A stretch of 64,000 bases of DNA from an uncultured delta proteobacterium (GTDB taxonomy: Bacteria; Myxococcota_A; Polyangia; Fen-1088), in NCBI GenBank assembly GCA_963767925.1, contig CAVYGB010000009.1, forward strand, positions 256,214 through 320,213, read 5' to 3'. Below are positions 55,387-64,000 of the stretch, piece by piece (within the stretch, counting starts at the first letter, position 1; the number at the start of each line of letters is the position of its first letter). Position numbers and translations under genes: made by a program. Under the pieces are notes generated by a model. The model did no database searches. It worked only from the letters and a program-made list of their open reading frames with translations, and was not told the DNA's origin.

Positions 55387-56325
55387 TTGCGGGTTTCCCG
55401 ACGAAACGAAGAGTATGATGGACGATCGAGGCTGGTGTTCTTCCACCCGATCCTCCAAGTGGCTGCCGGCCTACATCCGCCCTGTCCGTCACCGTTTCTT
55501 GAGGTTCGCGTCCACCGGTTGGAGGCGACACCGGGTCTTACCGCCTTGTGTGCTGGGTACGAGCAGGGTGCGTGGCGGCACGAACAGTTGGCCTCCCACG
55601 CAATGGAATGGCTCCCGGAGTTCGCGCTTAGGTTCAGCGAATTGGAGGGCCTCGGTCCTCAAAACGCTGTGAGGCTCATAGCGCGTGCCGCACGATCGAT
55701 CTACTCCTCACCAAAGTACGCGCGGCGCGGAGAGATGGGGGAGATTCTTCTGCACGCGGCGCTTCGACAGGTATTTGCGACCCTTCCGGCCGTCGCCAAA
55801 GTATTTTTCAAGGACAGCAGTAACGACACGGTAAAGGGCTTCGATGCCGTCCACGTCGTCCCGTCGGGCGCAGAGTTAGAATTGTGGCTCGGAGAGGTCA
55901 AGTTCTACGCAAACATCCAAGCGGCCATCTCTGACGTAGTAGCGGAATTATGCGCTCACACCGGCCGCGACTACCTACGCGGCGAGTTCGCCGCCATAAC
56001 GAACAAGATAGACGACCGTTGGCCTCATGCGGAGAGACTGAAGAAGTTACTTCACGAAGGAACATCACTGGATGAGGTGTTCTCGCGAATCTGCATCCCG
56101 GTGCTTCTGACGTATGAGAGCCCTACGATCGCATCACACACAGAAGTAACAACGGCGTTTGTCCAAGCATACAACGCAGAAGTAACTGCTCATCACGGCA
56201 AGTTCTCCTCGGCGGCCCTTCCCGGAAAAGTACGAATCCATCTCTTCCTAGTGCCAATCAGAAGCAAAGATGACCTTGTTGCGGCTTTCGACAAGCGGCT
56301 TAAGAGCGCACAGGCATTGACGTGA
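55387..56325 (+). CDS. hamA: DUF1837 protein (Hachiman HamA-like nuclease); true start probably downstream
   Basis: WLPEFAL, GEMGEILLH, K-x-F-x-K-x-S-x-ND-x-VKGFDAVH, ELWLGEVKFY; lower GC than flanks. Confidence 0.8.
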   Translation: MRVSRRNEEYDGRSRLVFFHPILQVAAGLHPPCPSPFLEVRVHRLEATPGLTALCAGYEQGAWRHEQLASHAMEWLPEFALRFSELEGLGPQNAVRLIARAARSIYSSPKYARRGEMGEILLHAALRQVFATLPAVAKVFFKDSSNDTVKGFDAVHVVPSGAELELWLGEVKFYANIQAAISDVVAELCAHTGRDYLRGEFAAITNKIDDRWPHAERLKKLLHEGTSLDEVFSRICIPVLLTYESPTIASHTEVTTAFVQAYNAEVTAHHGKFSSAALPGKVRIHLFLVPIRSKDDLVAAFDKRLKSAQALT

Positions 56326-56556
56326 CGCCACGGGAACTTCGACAGCGGTCGGTGTCTCAAGCACGACTTATCGAATCTTTAGCTACTTTCTTTCTCAAGG
56401 GAAACTGCTCTTGGGCGAGGACTACGGTCAGCGTGGTCGCGAGGAAGTCGATCGCGGACACTTCAAAGTCCAGTGCCCAACAACCCAGGGCAGCTTCTCT
56501 CCCGACCGCTACCTCGACTCGAACAAGGACAAGCCATGAACGATGTATCGACGCGG

Positions 56557-56640
56557 GCCTGGCCAGGCGTTGCAGTCGGACCACAACCTGGTCGCTTCGC
56601 TCCGTCGCTTGGTCACCGCTAGACGCCAAGGGCCTTGGGT
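56557..56640. other. Degenerate attC-like site
   Basis: GCCTGGC-CAGGCGTTGCAGTCGG...CGCTTCGCTC...CCGCTAGACGCC...CTTGGGT has attC layout with mutated RYYYAAC/GTTRRRY boxes. Confidence 0.5.
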
Positions 56641-56873
56641 TGGCCACACGGGGTCCGGATGTGGGTCACGAACTCCAGAGGCGCTCTCGCATGGCCGTTT
56701 CCGGAACACGCATTGCGTTATAAGGCGGAATCCGGGCCCTCCGTCTCAGGCACAGCTCCCTTGTACGCGGCGATGCTCCGACCCACCTTCATATGCGAAC
56801 GATGGCTTTCTTGCGAATCCGCCGACTTATCCACAGGATTTCGGTGTACACAGGAGCTTCGGGAGACACGACG

Positions 56874-57059
56874 ATGGCGGACACCTACGAAAAGCTGAAA
56901 GCCAAGATACAGCAGCTACGGGAAGAGGGCCGGATCGAGGAGTGGCCCACCCGTGAGCAGAGAATCGACTGGGCGTACGGCACGACGAAGATCGAAAACT
57001 CCGCCGTCACCCGTGAGATGGCCGAGCAGGCGGTCGACCGCAAGCCCTCTTCGAAGTGA
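56874..57059 (+). CDS. VbhA-like Fic antitoxin
   Basis: 61 aa; inhibitory motif (S/T)xxxE(G/N) present as TTKIEN; GTGA overlap with the fic gene. Confidence 0.8.
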   Translation: MADTYEKLKAKIQQLREEGRIEEWPTREQRIDWAYGTTKIENSAVTREMAEQAVDRKPSSK

Positions 57060-57676
57060 GGGCCTCGGATCCGCTTCTGTGTGATGCGAGCGACAAGGCC
57101 CGCATCGAAGCCGCGAATGGCGTCGAGCAGCTCGACTACATCGCTCACCTCATCAACGAGTACAAGATCGGGGATGTGCGCGAGTCGCACGTTCTCGAGC
57201 TACAGCGCTTGGCGGTGCAAGGTATCTATCCTTGCGGTGGCACTTATCGGAGCCCCGTAAGAGACGTCCGGATTCTCGGCAGCGAACACAAGGTTCCCGA
57301 ACCTGCGTTGGTCCCAGGACTGGTCCGAGAAGCCCTGGAATACGCTAGCGAGCGAGCCAACGGCTCTGGACTGCATCGGGCGTCACATGCCCTCTGGCGT
57401 TTCAACTGGATTCACCCATTTTCCGGAGGAAACGGAAGGACTTCCCGAGCGGTTGCGTATCTCATTCTCTGCATAGATGTCGGCGGCGTCCTGCCCGGTG
57501 TCCCAACCGTACCGTCGTTGATCTACGACAAGCGAGATGAATACGTTCGGGCGCTTCGTACCGCCGATGCAGGTGTTCGCGACAGGGGAATCCCCGACCT
57601 CTCTCACATGGAACGCTACCTCGGGGACGTCGTGACCACGCAACTTGCAAGCGCTTTGAAAAAGCTGGGTTGTTGA
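57056..57676 (+). CDS. Fic-domain protein
   Basis: GGTYR; HPFSGGNGRTSR. Confidence 0.92.
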   Translation: MRASDPLLCDASDKARIEAANGVEQLDYIAHLINEYKIGDVRESHVLELQRLAVQGIYPCGGTYRSPVRDVRILGSEHKVPEPALVPGLVREALEYASERANGSGLHRASHALWRFNWIHPFSGGNGRTSRAVAYLILCIDVGGVLPGVPTVPSLIYDKRDEYVRALRTADAGVRDRGIPDLSHMERYLGDVVTTQLASALKKLGC

Positions 57677-57689
57677 AGGCGACGCGGCC

Positions 57690-57735
57690 GCCCAACACGG
57701 GCTTGCACCGGACGAAGCCCGCGTCGCTTCCCTCG
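57690..57735. other. Left half of an attC-like site
   Basis: GCCCAAC (RYYYAAC) 13 bp after the fic stop, then CTTGCACCGGACG...CGCTTCCCTC; right half not found. Confidence 0.5.
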
Positions 57736-57739
57736 GAAC

Positions 57740-58981
57740 GTGTATAGACTCAAGGGCGCGACGGCCCCGGCGGCCTGGAGTCTTTCGATCCAGGGTCGGA
57801 CGGCAGGAATGATCCCGATGTTCTTGGCGCGGCCGAGAAGCCCGAGCGAGCCTGTCACTTTCAAGCTCGGACAGCCGGCGGAGGTGGTGGTGCCACGGCC
57901 GGCGGCAAACCGCCCGGGCATCATCCGTGCGTACTGCGCTGTTCAGGGGGCCAAGGTTGTTTCGATCTTCGAGATCTCGAAGGGCTTGCTCACACTGCGG
58001 CCGGGCCAACATGCGGCCCTGGCCAGGAGGATGCTGGAGCAGGCTCGGAAGGACTACTTCTTCGCCAAGGAGAGGCGGCTGGCCGTCGTGGCTCGGCGGA
58101 TGCGGCCGGTCTTTTTCCTTGGGCGCATCGTTGCGCCGGGGGATGTCGAGCGGCTCGAGCTGGCCCTGCGGCGTGTCGGCGAGATGCCTGCGCGGGAGAC
58201 GGCGGAGCCGTTTCTTCGGGCGTATCGGAGTCGGCTGTACCGCGAACTCTTACGACGGGCTCGTAGCGCAGTTGCGGGCCGAGGAGCGGCAAGCGGCGCG
58301 CGAGGTCGACCGACGAACGATCGAACCTGCGGTGGCCCGTTGTCAGGGTCAGGAGAGCCGCCCGTCGACCAGCGGGCGGTCGGACCGGGAGTCGGTGGCG
58401 GGAAGGCGCATCAGAGCCGCCACCACGAGCAGCCCGCGGTGGGACCGGAGGCCGGTGGTGAGCGGCCGGGGGACGATCAAGCGGTCGCCCGGATGCGGGT
58501 TGGCATCGAGGTGCTGCGGCGGCATCGGCCCGGGCAGTTCGCGCGGATTGCGTCCTGGGTAGGGCGGGAGCAGGAGCTGTTAGAGCATCTCATCGATCGC
58601 GCTAAGCGGCGGTTCAAGGTTCCTCGGTCCAAGGATGAGGAGGTCGGGCTGCTGGCCTACAAGATCGGTCGGCTTCTCGCGAAGGAGCGCGACGCGGTGG
58701 CGGTCCCTGTGCCGCCGGGGTTCCGGGCATGCGAGCCGGACATTGCGCGGGCGAATGCGCGGATGGCGGCTGCGGGGGTGGATCCGCCCTTTCCGGCGGC
58801 GCGGATGCAGGCGGTGGCGGTGCTGGATGTCCAGAGGGCGGTGGGGAGGATGAGGGAGGCGGGGCTTCTGGACGACGGGCCAGGTTGGGCGGTGAAGGTG
58901 GCTACCGGTTTGGCGGTGGTTCGCGAGTTGATGGTAGAGGTGGGCGTGCAGCTCAGGCGGGGCGAGGAGATGGAGAGATGA
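57740..58981 (+). CDS. Hypothetical protein(s) of the mobile element, probably frameshifted or fused
   Basis: Protein-like stretches at about 58031-58250 and 58494-58981 separated by a low-quality segment; no family recognised. Confidence 0.35.
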   Translation: MYRLKGATAPAAWSLSIQGRTAGMIPMFLARPRSPSEPVTFKLGQPAEVVVPRPAANRPGIIRAYCAVQGAKVVSIFEISKGLLTLRPGQHAALARRMLEQARKDYFFAKERRLAVVARRMRPVFFLGRIVAPGDVERLELALRRVGEMPARETAEPFLRAYRSRLYRELLRRARSAVAGRGAASGARGRPTNDRTCGGPLSGSGEPPVDQRAVGPGVGGGKAHQSRHHEQPAVGPEAGGERPGDDQAVARMRVGIEVLRRHRPGQFARIASWVGREQELLEHLIDRAKRRFKVPRSKDEEVGLLAYKIGRLLAKERDAVAVPVPPGFRACEPDIARANARMAAAGVDPPFPAARMQAVAVLDVQRAVGRMREAGLLDDGPGWAVKVATGLAVVRELMVEVGVQLRRGEEMER

Positions 58982-59005
58982 GCGGCGCCCGGGCCGAAGG
59001 TGAAA

Positions 59006-59043
59006 CCTCACCCTGTCCCTCTCCACCAAGTGGAGAGGGGACC
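59006..59043. repeat. BoxC/REP-like palindrome
   Basis: CCTCACCCTGTCCCTCTCCAC-CAA-GTGGAGAGGGGAC. Confidence 0.55.
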
Positions 59044-59197
59044 TGGGAGTGGCTTCCACTCACGGGTTGATCGTCTCCGGCGCAGCGCCGCCAGGTTCGC
59101 GGATGTGACGTCGGCCGCGTTTCCGCGGAAGGGTCGGTGTGATGTCGGCTGCTCTTCCGCGGAAACTTTTCGGCCGATCACCCCGAATGGAGAGGCG

Positions 59198-59482
59198 GTG
59201 CAGTGGGATGAGAGCACGCTCATCGCGCTGATCAGGGAGGAGGTCCGACGCGTCATCGACGAGGGGTCGCGAGTCGGCGGGCCGAGCGGCGAGACCATGG
59301 ATGTGCGCGAGCTGACCGCGCTCCTGGGGCTCAACCGGAAGACCGTGTACAGCCTGATCGCGGGCGGCGAGATCCCGGGCGTGCGGCGGCTCGGGAGGCG
59401 GATCGTTGTGCATCGGGCGACCGTGATACGGTGGCTGGGTAACGGCCAAGGTTCCGTTCCGCGCTCTCGGAGAAGACCATGA
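59198..59482 (+). CDS. Excisionase-like HTH protein
   Basis: MDVRELTALLGLNRKTVYSLIAGGEIPGVRRLGRRIVV; ATGA overlap with the integrase. Confidence 0.85.
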   Translation: MQWDESTLIALIREEVRRVIDEGSRVGGPSGETMDVRELTALLGLNRKTVYSLIAGGEIPGVRRLGRRIVVHRATVIRWLGNGQGSVPRSRRRP

Positions 59483-60395
59483 GCGTGAGACAGGAATCGA
59501 GACGAGACCCGGTCACGGGCAACACACGGAGCTTCTGGATCGTGGACCTTTGCGTGCGCCAGGCTGATGGATCGGAGACGCGCGTCCGGCGCGTTCCGCG
59601 GATCCAGTCACGGCGTGGGGCGGAGCAGCTGGAACGGGAGCTGCTTTCGCAGAGGCCTGCGGAGCTGAGCGCCGGGAAGGAGGAGAAGAAAGAGGAGAAG
59701 GAGGAGACTGCCAAGGCGTCGCGGACCTTGGCGGCGTTCGCCACGGACTTCATGGAGAAGTACGCGGTCGCGAACAACAAGCCGTCGGAGATCCAGACGA
59801 AGCGGATGATCCTGACCCTGCACCTCATCCCGGCGCTGGGCGACCTGCGTCTGGACCTGGTCAGGGGGGCCGAGATCGAGGGGTACAAGAGCGGGAAGCT
59901 CAAGAGGGGCTGGCGGCCAAGACGGTAAACAACCACCTGATCGTTCTCAGGCGCATGCTGGGCCTGGCGGCGGAGTGGGGGGAACTGGACCGCGTGCCGG
60001 TGGTCAAGTGGTTGAAGGTGCCGGAGGCGGAGTTCGACTTCCTCGATTTCGAGGAGGCCGAGCGGCTGCTGGCTGCCGTGGAGGAGGGCGAGTGGCGGAC
60101 CATGGTTCTTCTGGCCATCAAGACGGGGCTTCGCCAGGGGGAGATCCTCGCGCTTCGGTGGACGGATGTGGATCTGGTGGCCGGGCACCTGGTGGTCCGG
60201 CAGTCCGTCACGCGGGGGATCGTGACCACGCCGAAGAACGGGAGGTCGCGGAAGATCCCGCTCGCTCCGTCGGTGCTGACGGCTCTCAGGAGCCACCGGC
60301 ATCTCCGGGGCAAGCTGGTCTTCTGCGCGGCGGACGGGCGGATGCTCACCAAGAACGAGTGCAAGCACCCGCTCTGGCGAGCATGCCGCCGCGCC
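59479..60395 (+). pseudogene. Phage-type tyrosine integrase, frameshift near 59900, interrupted by IS66
   Basis: HLIPALG, KTVNNHL, TGLRQGEILALRW, PKNG; sequence breaks after RACRRA, before the H-x-x-R/Tyr region. Confidence 0.88.
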
Positions 60396-60454
60396 GTAAC
60401 CGTCCGACTGCCGGCGTCTTTCGGGGGCCGTCGAGGTGATGCAGTCTTGCGCGC

Positions 60455-60796
60455 ATGAAGCAGCGAGAGGAGAGACGACGGTTCTGGTCGGCGTTGATGG
60501 CGCGTTTCGAGAGAAGCGGAAGGTCGCGGAGGGAGTTTGCGGCCGAGGCAGGGGTCGGGCTGGCGATCTTCCAGTACTGGCTGTACAAGCTCCGACGCGA
60601 GGGCCAGTTGGTGGCGGTCCGGAAGGCGGAGGCGACAGAGGTGCGACTGGTCCCGGTGACGATCAGAGCGCGGCCTACCGCTCCGGTTCGACTCGAACTC
60701 CGCGTGGCAGGGGTGCGGCTACGGGTGCCGGTGGGGGCGGACCCGGGGTATGTCGCGCGGCTCGCAGCCGCGCTCGCCGAGGCGCGTGCGTGCTGA
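60455..60796 (+). CDS. tnpA: IS66 accessory protein TnpA
   Basis: FWSALMARFERSGRSRREFAAEAGV...FQYW HTH; overlaps tnpB. Confidence 0.85.
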   Translation: MKQREERRRFWSALMARFERSGRSRREFAAEAGVGLAIFQYWLYKLRREGQLVAVRKAEATEVRLVPVTIRARPTAPVRLELRVAGVRLRVPVGADPGYVARLAAALAEARAC

Positions 60797-61164
60797 CGCT
60801 TCCGCCGAGCGTGCGGATCTATCTCGCGGTCGGCCAGGTGGACATGCGACGTGGGCACGATGGATTGGCGGCCATTGTCCGGGGTCAATGGAAGCTGGAC
60901 CTTTATGGCGGTCATCTCTTCGTCTTCCTCGGACGGCGGTCCGACCGTTGCAAGATCTTGTTCTGGGACCGCGGCGGATCGGTCGTGTACTACAAGCGTC
61001 TCGAACGCGGCCGCTTTCGCTTGCCGCACGTTCCCGCCGAAGCTACGTCCGTGACGATCGACGCCACCGAGCTCGCGATGTTGCTCGACGGAATCGACAT
61101 GGTCGGCGTGAAACGGCCCCGCAAATGGGAGCCACCGAAGATTTCGGCCGCCACGCCTGGATAG
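60790..61164 (+). CDS. tnpB: IS66 accessory protein TnpB
   Basis: VDMRRGHDGL, LFVFLGRR, KILFWD, YKRLERGRF. Confidence 0.92.
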   Translation: MLTLPPSVRIYLAVGQVDMRRGHDGLAAIVRGQWKLDLYGGHLFVFLGRRSDRCKILFWDRGGSVVYYKRLERGRFRLPHVPAEATSVTIDATELAMLLDGIDMVGVKRPRKWEPPKISAATPG

Positions 61165-61256
61165 CGCAAAGAAATTCCTGGATCGTTTCGATCACTTACG
61201 CGGGCCCTGCAGAAAGGGGATCGACACGTTCGTCGAGACATGATCAAACATGGTGG

Positions 61257-62105
61257 ATGGGGCCTCCGCCGGACGACCACAACTGCGGATGGAAGGTCCG
61301 CGCGACGGACCTCGAGGCGAAGCTCGAACAGACCGCGGCGAAGCTCGAGGCGGTGGTCGCCAAGATGGCCGCCATGGAGCGCCGGATTCTCGGGCCGAAG
61401 AGCGAGAAGCTGCCTCCGATGGATCGGGAGGTCCGCAAGGAGCGGCCCGCCGATCCCGCGGCGACGCAGGCCACGCGGCGCAAGAACGCCGAGTTGCGGG
61501 CCACCCGCGTCGTGAGCGAGGACGTGCCGCACAAGGTGCCCGATACCGAGCGCACGTGCCCCAAGTGCAACGGCTCCGACCTTCGTCCGGTCGGCGCCGG
61601 CAAGGTCACGGTGGTGCTGGACTACGTGCCGGGATACTTCCGGCGGCGACACCATGTCCGTGAGACGCTGGCCTGCACGTGCGGCGAGCACATCGTGACG
61701 GCGCCCGGTCCCGACCATTCGGTAGAGGGCGCGCGCTACGGCGACAGCTTCCGCGCTTTCGTGGTCATTTCCAAGTGCGCCGACGCCATCCCGCTCTATC
61801 GGCAGGCCAAGATGATGAGCCGCTTCGGAATCCCGATCTCGCGCAGCACGCTGACGGATCTGTTTCACCAGGCCGCGCGTCAGCTTGCACCCCTGTCGAG
61901 GCGTCTGCTCGAGTTGGTTGCCGCCGCCGAGGTCGTGCAGGCCGACGAGACCTCGCTGAAGATGCAGAAGCCCAACAAACGCGGCTTCGTCTGGACCTTC
62001 CTCGCCGAGAAGCTCATTGCGTATGTATTCTCCGGCAGTCGCAGCGGCGAGACGCCCTCGACGGTCCTGGGGGCGAGTGCCGGGACGCTCGTGGTCGACA
62101 TGTAC
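61257..62105 (+). pseudogene. tnpC: IS66 transposase TnpC, truncated by insertion
   Basis: GPKSEK, CPKC zinc ribbon, PLYRQ, ADET, VVDMY, then a break. Confidence 0.88.
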
Positions 62106-64000
62106 GTACCCGCTGCACGGACCCCGTGCTTCCAGCCTGACGGCATCAGAGCCAGATTGATGGGGTGACGAACACGAGCGCGAAAGGGTCAGGGCTGCGG
62201 AGGTGGTTCCTGTTCCGCAGGCCCCTCGATCTTCGGCGGGACAGAGAGCGGGCCGAGTTCGGCGACGAGTTCGGCGGGGTTGAGGCGGTCGCGGGTGCGA
62301 GTCCAGAATTTCGGGGCCAGCTCGAGGTAGCGATCGCGCGGCCAGTGCGGCAGGACGCGGAAGAGGTCGCGCAGGTACGCCTCGGGGTCGAGGCTGTGAA
62401 GACGAGCCGAGGCGACGAGGGAAAGCAGGTGACCGGCGGCTTGGGCGTGGTCGTCGCTGCCGACGAAGAGCCATGCCTTCCTGCCGACGGCGATGCGGCG
62501 CAGCTCGCGCTCCGATCCGTTGTTCGTCGGCTCGAGCCGACCGTCGTCGAGGAAGCGGGTGAGCGCGGCTTTCTGTCGGACGCAGTAGCCGAGGGCGGTG
62601 CGCAGCAGACCGCGTTGATCCTTGACCCGCGCGTACTCGTCGGGGCCCACGCGAAGAAGGCTTCGAGATGCGGTCGGGCATGAGTCCGGCGCAGCGCCGT
62701 TCGCTCGGTCGGCGAGTAGCTCTTCCACTGGCGCTCCAGGTCGAAGATGCGGCCCAGGCGGGCCAGCCCTTCGCGAGCGACGGCGCTCTTGGCAATCGCG
62801 GCCTCCCACAGCTTGCTCCGCGCGTGTGCCAGCACCCGACCTCGGGGCGCTCGGGGGGGTCAGCAGCAGCGTCGTCAGGGGGATCGTCGGGCGGGCGGAA
62901 CAGGACGTCGTAGACGCTCTTGGCGTCGGCCTGCACGTAGCCGGCGAAGCCCTTGAAGATCTCGCCGACCGCGGTGGAGGTCTCCTTGGGCGTGTACTCG
63001 AAGAAGACGTGGTCGCGATCGGCGATCTGCACGAAGTAGTGGCCGCGCCGGCACGGTTGGCGCCCCTTCTGGGTGTCGCGCAGCGGCTGGACCAGGACGC
63101 CGGTGGCGTCGGTGGAGATGCAGAACGCGGTAGCCAGCGCGTCCTTGCGCATGGCCTCGACGACCGTCGCGCCACAGGTGGCGCCGGCGTGCTCCATCCA
63201 GCGGCACATCGTGCCGCGGTCGATCGGCACGCCGAGGCGGGCGAAGCGATCCTCCTGGCGGTGCAGCGGCAGGCCGTCGCAGTACTTGTCGACGACGGTG
63301 CGCGACCAGCGAGACGGCGGCGATCGACCGCGGAAAGATCTCCGGCGGCATCGGCGCGGTGACGATCTGGTCTTCTCGGGCGCTCGGTCGGCGGCGTCGG
63401 GCCTGCGGTACTTTACCCGAGAGACGACGAGCCGGCGTGCGCCGCCACGCTGCCACGCGATCTTGCTCGACTCCTCGGAGGCGCCCAGCCGCTCGGCCTT
63501 GCCCTGGGCGACGAGCGGGTCCGTCTCGGGGTTGGGAATCTCGATGCGCTCCTCGAGCATCTCGTTCGGCGCAGATCTCGGCGACCCTTGGTCGGGGCCG
63601 GGCAGCGGTCTTGCCGTCGGCACCGTTGCCGTTGCTCCAATGCCGATGGTGCCGGCAAGCTTGTCGAGTTCGGCCAGCTTCTGCTCGAACTCCAGCTCGA
63701 GCTGCTCGGTGTCGACCCGCTCGGCCTTGGCGATAAAGGTCGCGGCGCATGAGCTCGACGTCGAGCCGCAGGCCATCGTAGGCAGCGCGCAGCTCGTCGC
63801 GCTCGCGGACCAGATCGGCGATCCGGGCGTCCCTGTCGGCGGCGCAGATTCGAGCCGCGCGATGCCGCGCGGCAGCGTCGGTGGGGGGCGTGCTCGTCGA
63901 GGAATCCGCGCCCGCCGTTCAGTCTCTGATTGATACTCGCGGGCCGATGGTTTCGTTGATTCATGGTGTCGATGATAATGAACGCCGCCCGCCGACGCTT
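62106..64000 (-). mobile_element. Second IS66-family element in opposite orientation (probably runs off the window end)
   Basis: End GTACCCGCTGCACGG at the break in the first tnpC; TnpC motifs on the minus strand. Confidence 0.8.
62189..63900 (-). pseudogene. tnpC: IS66 transposase TnpC with several frameshifts
   Basis: KYCDGLPLHRQE, STDATG, VQADA, AHAR, DGRLEPTNNGSERELR, GRKAWLFVGS and DPEAYLRD spread over three frames. Confidence 0.85.

Larger units (their letters stand above)
60396..62105 (+). mobile_element. IS66-family element (left part), interrupted by a second IS66
   Basis: Starts GTAACCGTCC exactly where the integrase breaks; tnpA-tnpB-tnpC gene order. Confidence 0.88.

Overview
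High-GC window whose gene content (MxcI-like and Cys/Gly-rich lipoproteins, SWIM-SNF2, HDOD, zf-HC2 kinase) suggests a myxobacterium (Myxococcota; inference). 1-11 kb: accessory metabolism (DoxX, Tat-exported enolase-superfamily enzyme, beta-propeller, kynA-kynU, SWIM-SNF2 helicase). 11.2-26.2 kb is the main finding: three tandem secreted collagen-like genes with divergent Gly-X-Y sequence but identical architecture and register. All three have seven collagen segments of about 21/26/31/43/36/36/30 triplets, six Trp-containing knob modules, and exactly 960 codons from the predicted mature N-terminus to the last knob. They are followed by a small lipoprotein, an FKBP prolyl isomerase lipoprotein and a TMTC-like GT-C/TPR glycosyltransferase, and a shared promoter-like motif precedes both units. 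This looks like a heterotrimeric (ABC) bacterial collagen fibre with its own folding and glycosylation genes. 26-47 kb: mixed accessory genes, several gene remnants and a 1073-aa pentapeptide-repeat lipoprotein. 47.6-64 kb: a decaying mobile/defence region with three ~175-bp att-like direct repeats, integrase remnants, an integron-integrase pseudogene with attC-like sites, a LexA-box-like promoter before hamA (no hamB), a Fic toxin-antitoxin pair, xis-int and nested IS66 elements. All family calls come from motif recognition, not database searches. Many single-base frameshifts could be assembly errors.
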